Below are positions 62,271 to 64,000 of a DNA stretch of 64,000 nucleotides, piece by piece. The stretch lies in contig CAXXSM010000079.1 in assembly GCA_963663405.2 (NCBI GenBank), positions 21,956 through 85,955 on the forward strand. The letters are read 5' to 3'. A program made the translations under genes and the position numbers. Position 1 is the first letter of the stretch, and each line of letters opens with the position of its first letter. This DNA comes from a bacterium (GTDB taxonomy: Bacteria > Hinthialibacterota > Hinthialibacteria > Hinthialibacterales > Hinthialibacteraceae). Under the pieces are notes generated by a model. The model did no database searches and was not told the DNA's origin. It worked only from the letters and a program-made list of their open reading frames with translations.

Positions 62271-62679
62271 ATGAAAATTCACACCGAAAACTGCGGCGGC
62301 GTTGTTATCCTTACCCTCAATGGGGAATTGGATACCCGTGGCAATCAAATCCTCGATCAAACGCTCAAAAACTCACCCAGGAACAATGCTATAAAATCGT
62401 CCTGGATCTTGCTTCCATTCGTTTCATCGGCAGTAAGACGATTGCGCTCTTGCTCTCTAACATGAAAGAAATCCGTGCGGGGAGGTGGGGATATCAAAAC
62501 TGCTGAATACGCAGCGCGGCCTGCTTCAATATTTGAAGCAGCAGCGGATTTTTGAAATTTTTGATACGTTCTCTTCCCGCTCGGAAGTATTGCGGGCCTT
62601 TCCACCCACCCCGGCGCCGGCTCCCGCCGCTGACCCGAATGGCGCCGTTCCATCCAGCGCCAAAACAGCGAAGCGATGA
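62271..62679 (+). CDS. STAS-domain anti-sigma factor antagonist (frameshifted)
   Basis: LTLNGELD, IVLDLASIRFIGS, IKLLN, IFEIFDTF. Confidence 0.7.
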
Positions 62680-62850
62680 ATCCATTCCGTGATCTGGCGT
62701 CCGGCCAATTCCAAACGGGGGAAGTGCTTTACGCGAACAGCTGCATTCTCGCGGCGCTGATAAAAACCCTGGAAGAAAAGGGAATGCTGACCTCGAAAGA
62801 GGTCCGTGAATTAACCGACTACGAGAGCCTCTCTTTGAAAGGAGTAATTG
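62676..62850 (+). CDS. Small hypothetical protein (probably frameshifted)
   Basis: YANSCILAALIKTLEEKGMLTSKEV; lies between two STAS genes, with an ATGA overlap. Confidence 0.4.
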
Positions 62851-62851
62851 A

Positions 62852-63196
62852 ATGATTCCAGTTCAGCGTGACGACCGCGACAACATCACGATCTTGCGAA
62901 TTAAGGGAGATTTGAGTTTTGAAAATACCGTTTGGCTGCGGGTGAACTCCACGATCTGCTCAAACAGGATCGAATCCGTATCATACTCGACATGTCTGAA
63001 AGTGAATATGATTTCATCTTATACGGTAGGCGTCTTCGTCGCGATCGCGCGGGATCTGAACGACCGGCAAGGCGACCTGAAATTCTTCAACCTCCAAAAA
63101 CGAGTCATCCAAACCTTCCAAGCCACCCGCATCGATTCCATCCTCCAAACCTTCAAACCGAACAAGAAGCGGTCGAAGCGTTTGGGGGGGGAATGA
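62852..63196 (+). CDS. STAS-domain anti-sigma factor antagonist (frameshifted)
   Basis: ILRIKGDL, IILDMS, ISSYTVG, GDLKFFNL, TRIDSI. Confidence 0.75.
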   Translation: MIPVQRDDRDNITILRIKGDLSFENTVWLRVNSTICSNRIESVSYSTCLKVNMISSYTVGVFVAIARDLNDRQGDLKFFNLQKRVIQTFQATRIDSILQTFKPNKKRSKRLGGE

Positions 63197-63322
63197 CCGC
63201 TTTTTAATTGGAGATACAAATCCATTTCAACTCCGATTTTCTATATTTCCTTAGATTAGGTCTATCTACAAAGAATCTCCATGTTGTGTAAACAACGAAT
63301 AATCCCTCATTGATATTTCTTC

Positions 63323-63351
63323 TTGACAAATACCAACTAATAAAATAGTAT
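63323..63351 (+). promoter_or_regulatory. Sigma70-type promoter
   Basis: TTGACA-N17-TAGTAT ahead of ATG 63414. Confidence 0.55.
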
Positions 63352-63413
63352 ATTTTTCAATACTTATTACAAAATATGTCACTTTTCTTTAATTCTACTT
63401 TAGAAGGTTATCA

Positions 63414-64000
63414 ATGACCTCCGATTTGAAAAATATTGCATCTCCATTTTCTACCAGTGGTGGTGGATTTTTCTTTGAATCAAACGTATTGGCTTCTTTT
63501 GGTCGTTTTGATGCTTACAAATGGATTTTCTCCTTGCTTAAAGAGATACCCAATTACCAAAATTATCACACAAGCAAAGTATAAGAATTTTCATACTGAT
63601 GACCTGATTGTATTAGCTGAAAGCCATCCACAAAAAAAGAATATAAGTTATTAGGACAAGTTAAACGTAATATAACTCTTAAACAAAGGAGATAAAACTT
63701 TTCGAGATGTTTTAACATCTGCGTGGTTTGATTTTAATAATCCGAAATTTAATAGAGATAAAGATGTCATAGCATTAATAACAGGGCCATTGAGTGGAAC
63801 GGATTTGAATTCCGAGATGTTCTTGAAATGGCACGATCATCATTAAATGCAAATGATTTTTTTAAAAAAATAGAAATTCAAAAATCATTAGCGAAAAAAA
63901 GCGTAAAAAATTAGAATCTTTTCGTTATCATTTGAAATCTGCAAATGATAACAATGATGTTTCTGACGATGATCTCTGGGAATTTTTAAAGTATTCCATT
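63414..64000 (+). CDS. N-terminus of a putative PD-(D/E)XK-type nuclease defence protein (frameshifted, runs off the right edge)
   Basis: Frames piece together as SPFSTSGGGFFFE..VVLMLTNG..PC..HTDDLIV..LLGQVK..AWFDFNNP..DVIALITGPLS; strongly AT-rich. Confidence 0.55.

Overview
Bacterial chromosomal window with no rRNA, tRNA, CRISPR array or transposase. Housekeeping genes are glnD (partial), zwf, pilT, fliA, murQ, RNase G/E, a TIGR03960/TIGR03936-type radical SAM fusion, recR, ybaB and tatA. These are mixed with secreted or carbohydrate-active proteins and many envelope-glycosylation genes: three ArnT/GT-C transferases, GT2s, a Wzm permease, a WecG-WcaJ fusion and deacetylases. The secreted-protein style (Tat oxidoreductases, PTPTP linker, dockerin-like or 'VENWSLY' tails) is reminiscent of Hinthialibacterota/OLB16-like candidate phyla; this is an inference only. 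Many genes carry small frameshifts, increasingly so after about 57 kb, which looks like long-read indel error. The most interesting signals are non-coding. (1) A ~90-bp structured element occurs at six loci (7 copies), always co-oriented just upstream of a gene, with a compensatory stem change and a GNRA loop. (2) A candidate sigma54-driven ~170-nt sRNA displays GGA motifs on hairpin apices, resembling a CsrA/RsmA sponge. (3) Two covarying GTAG-REP families include chimeric, nested and loop-inverted copies. A putative nuclease-type defence gene starts at the right edge.
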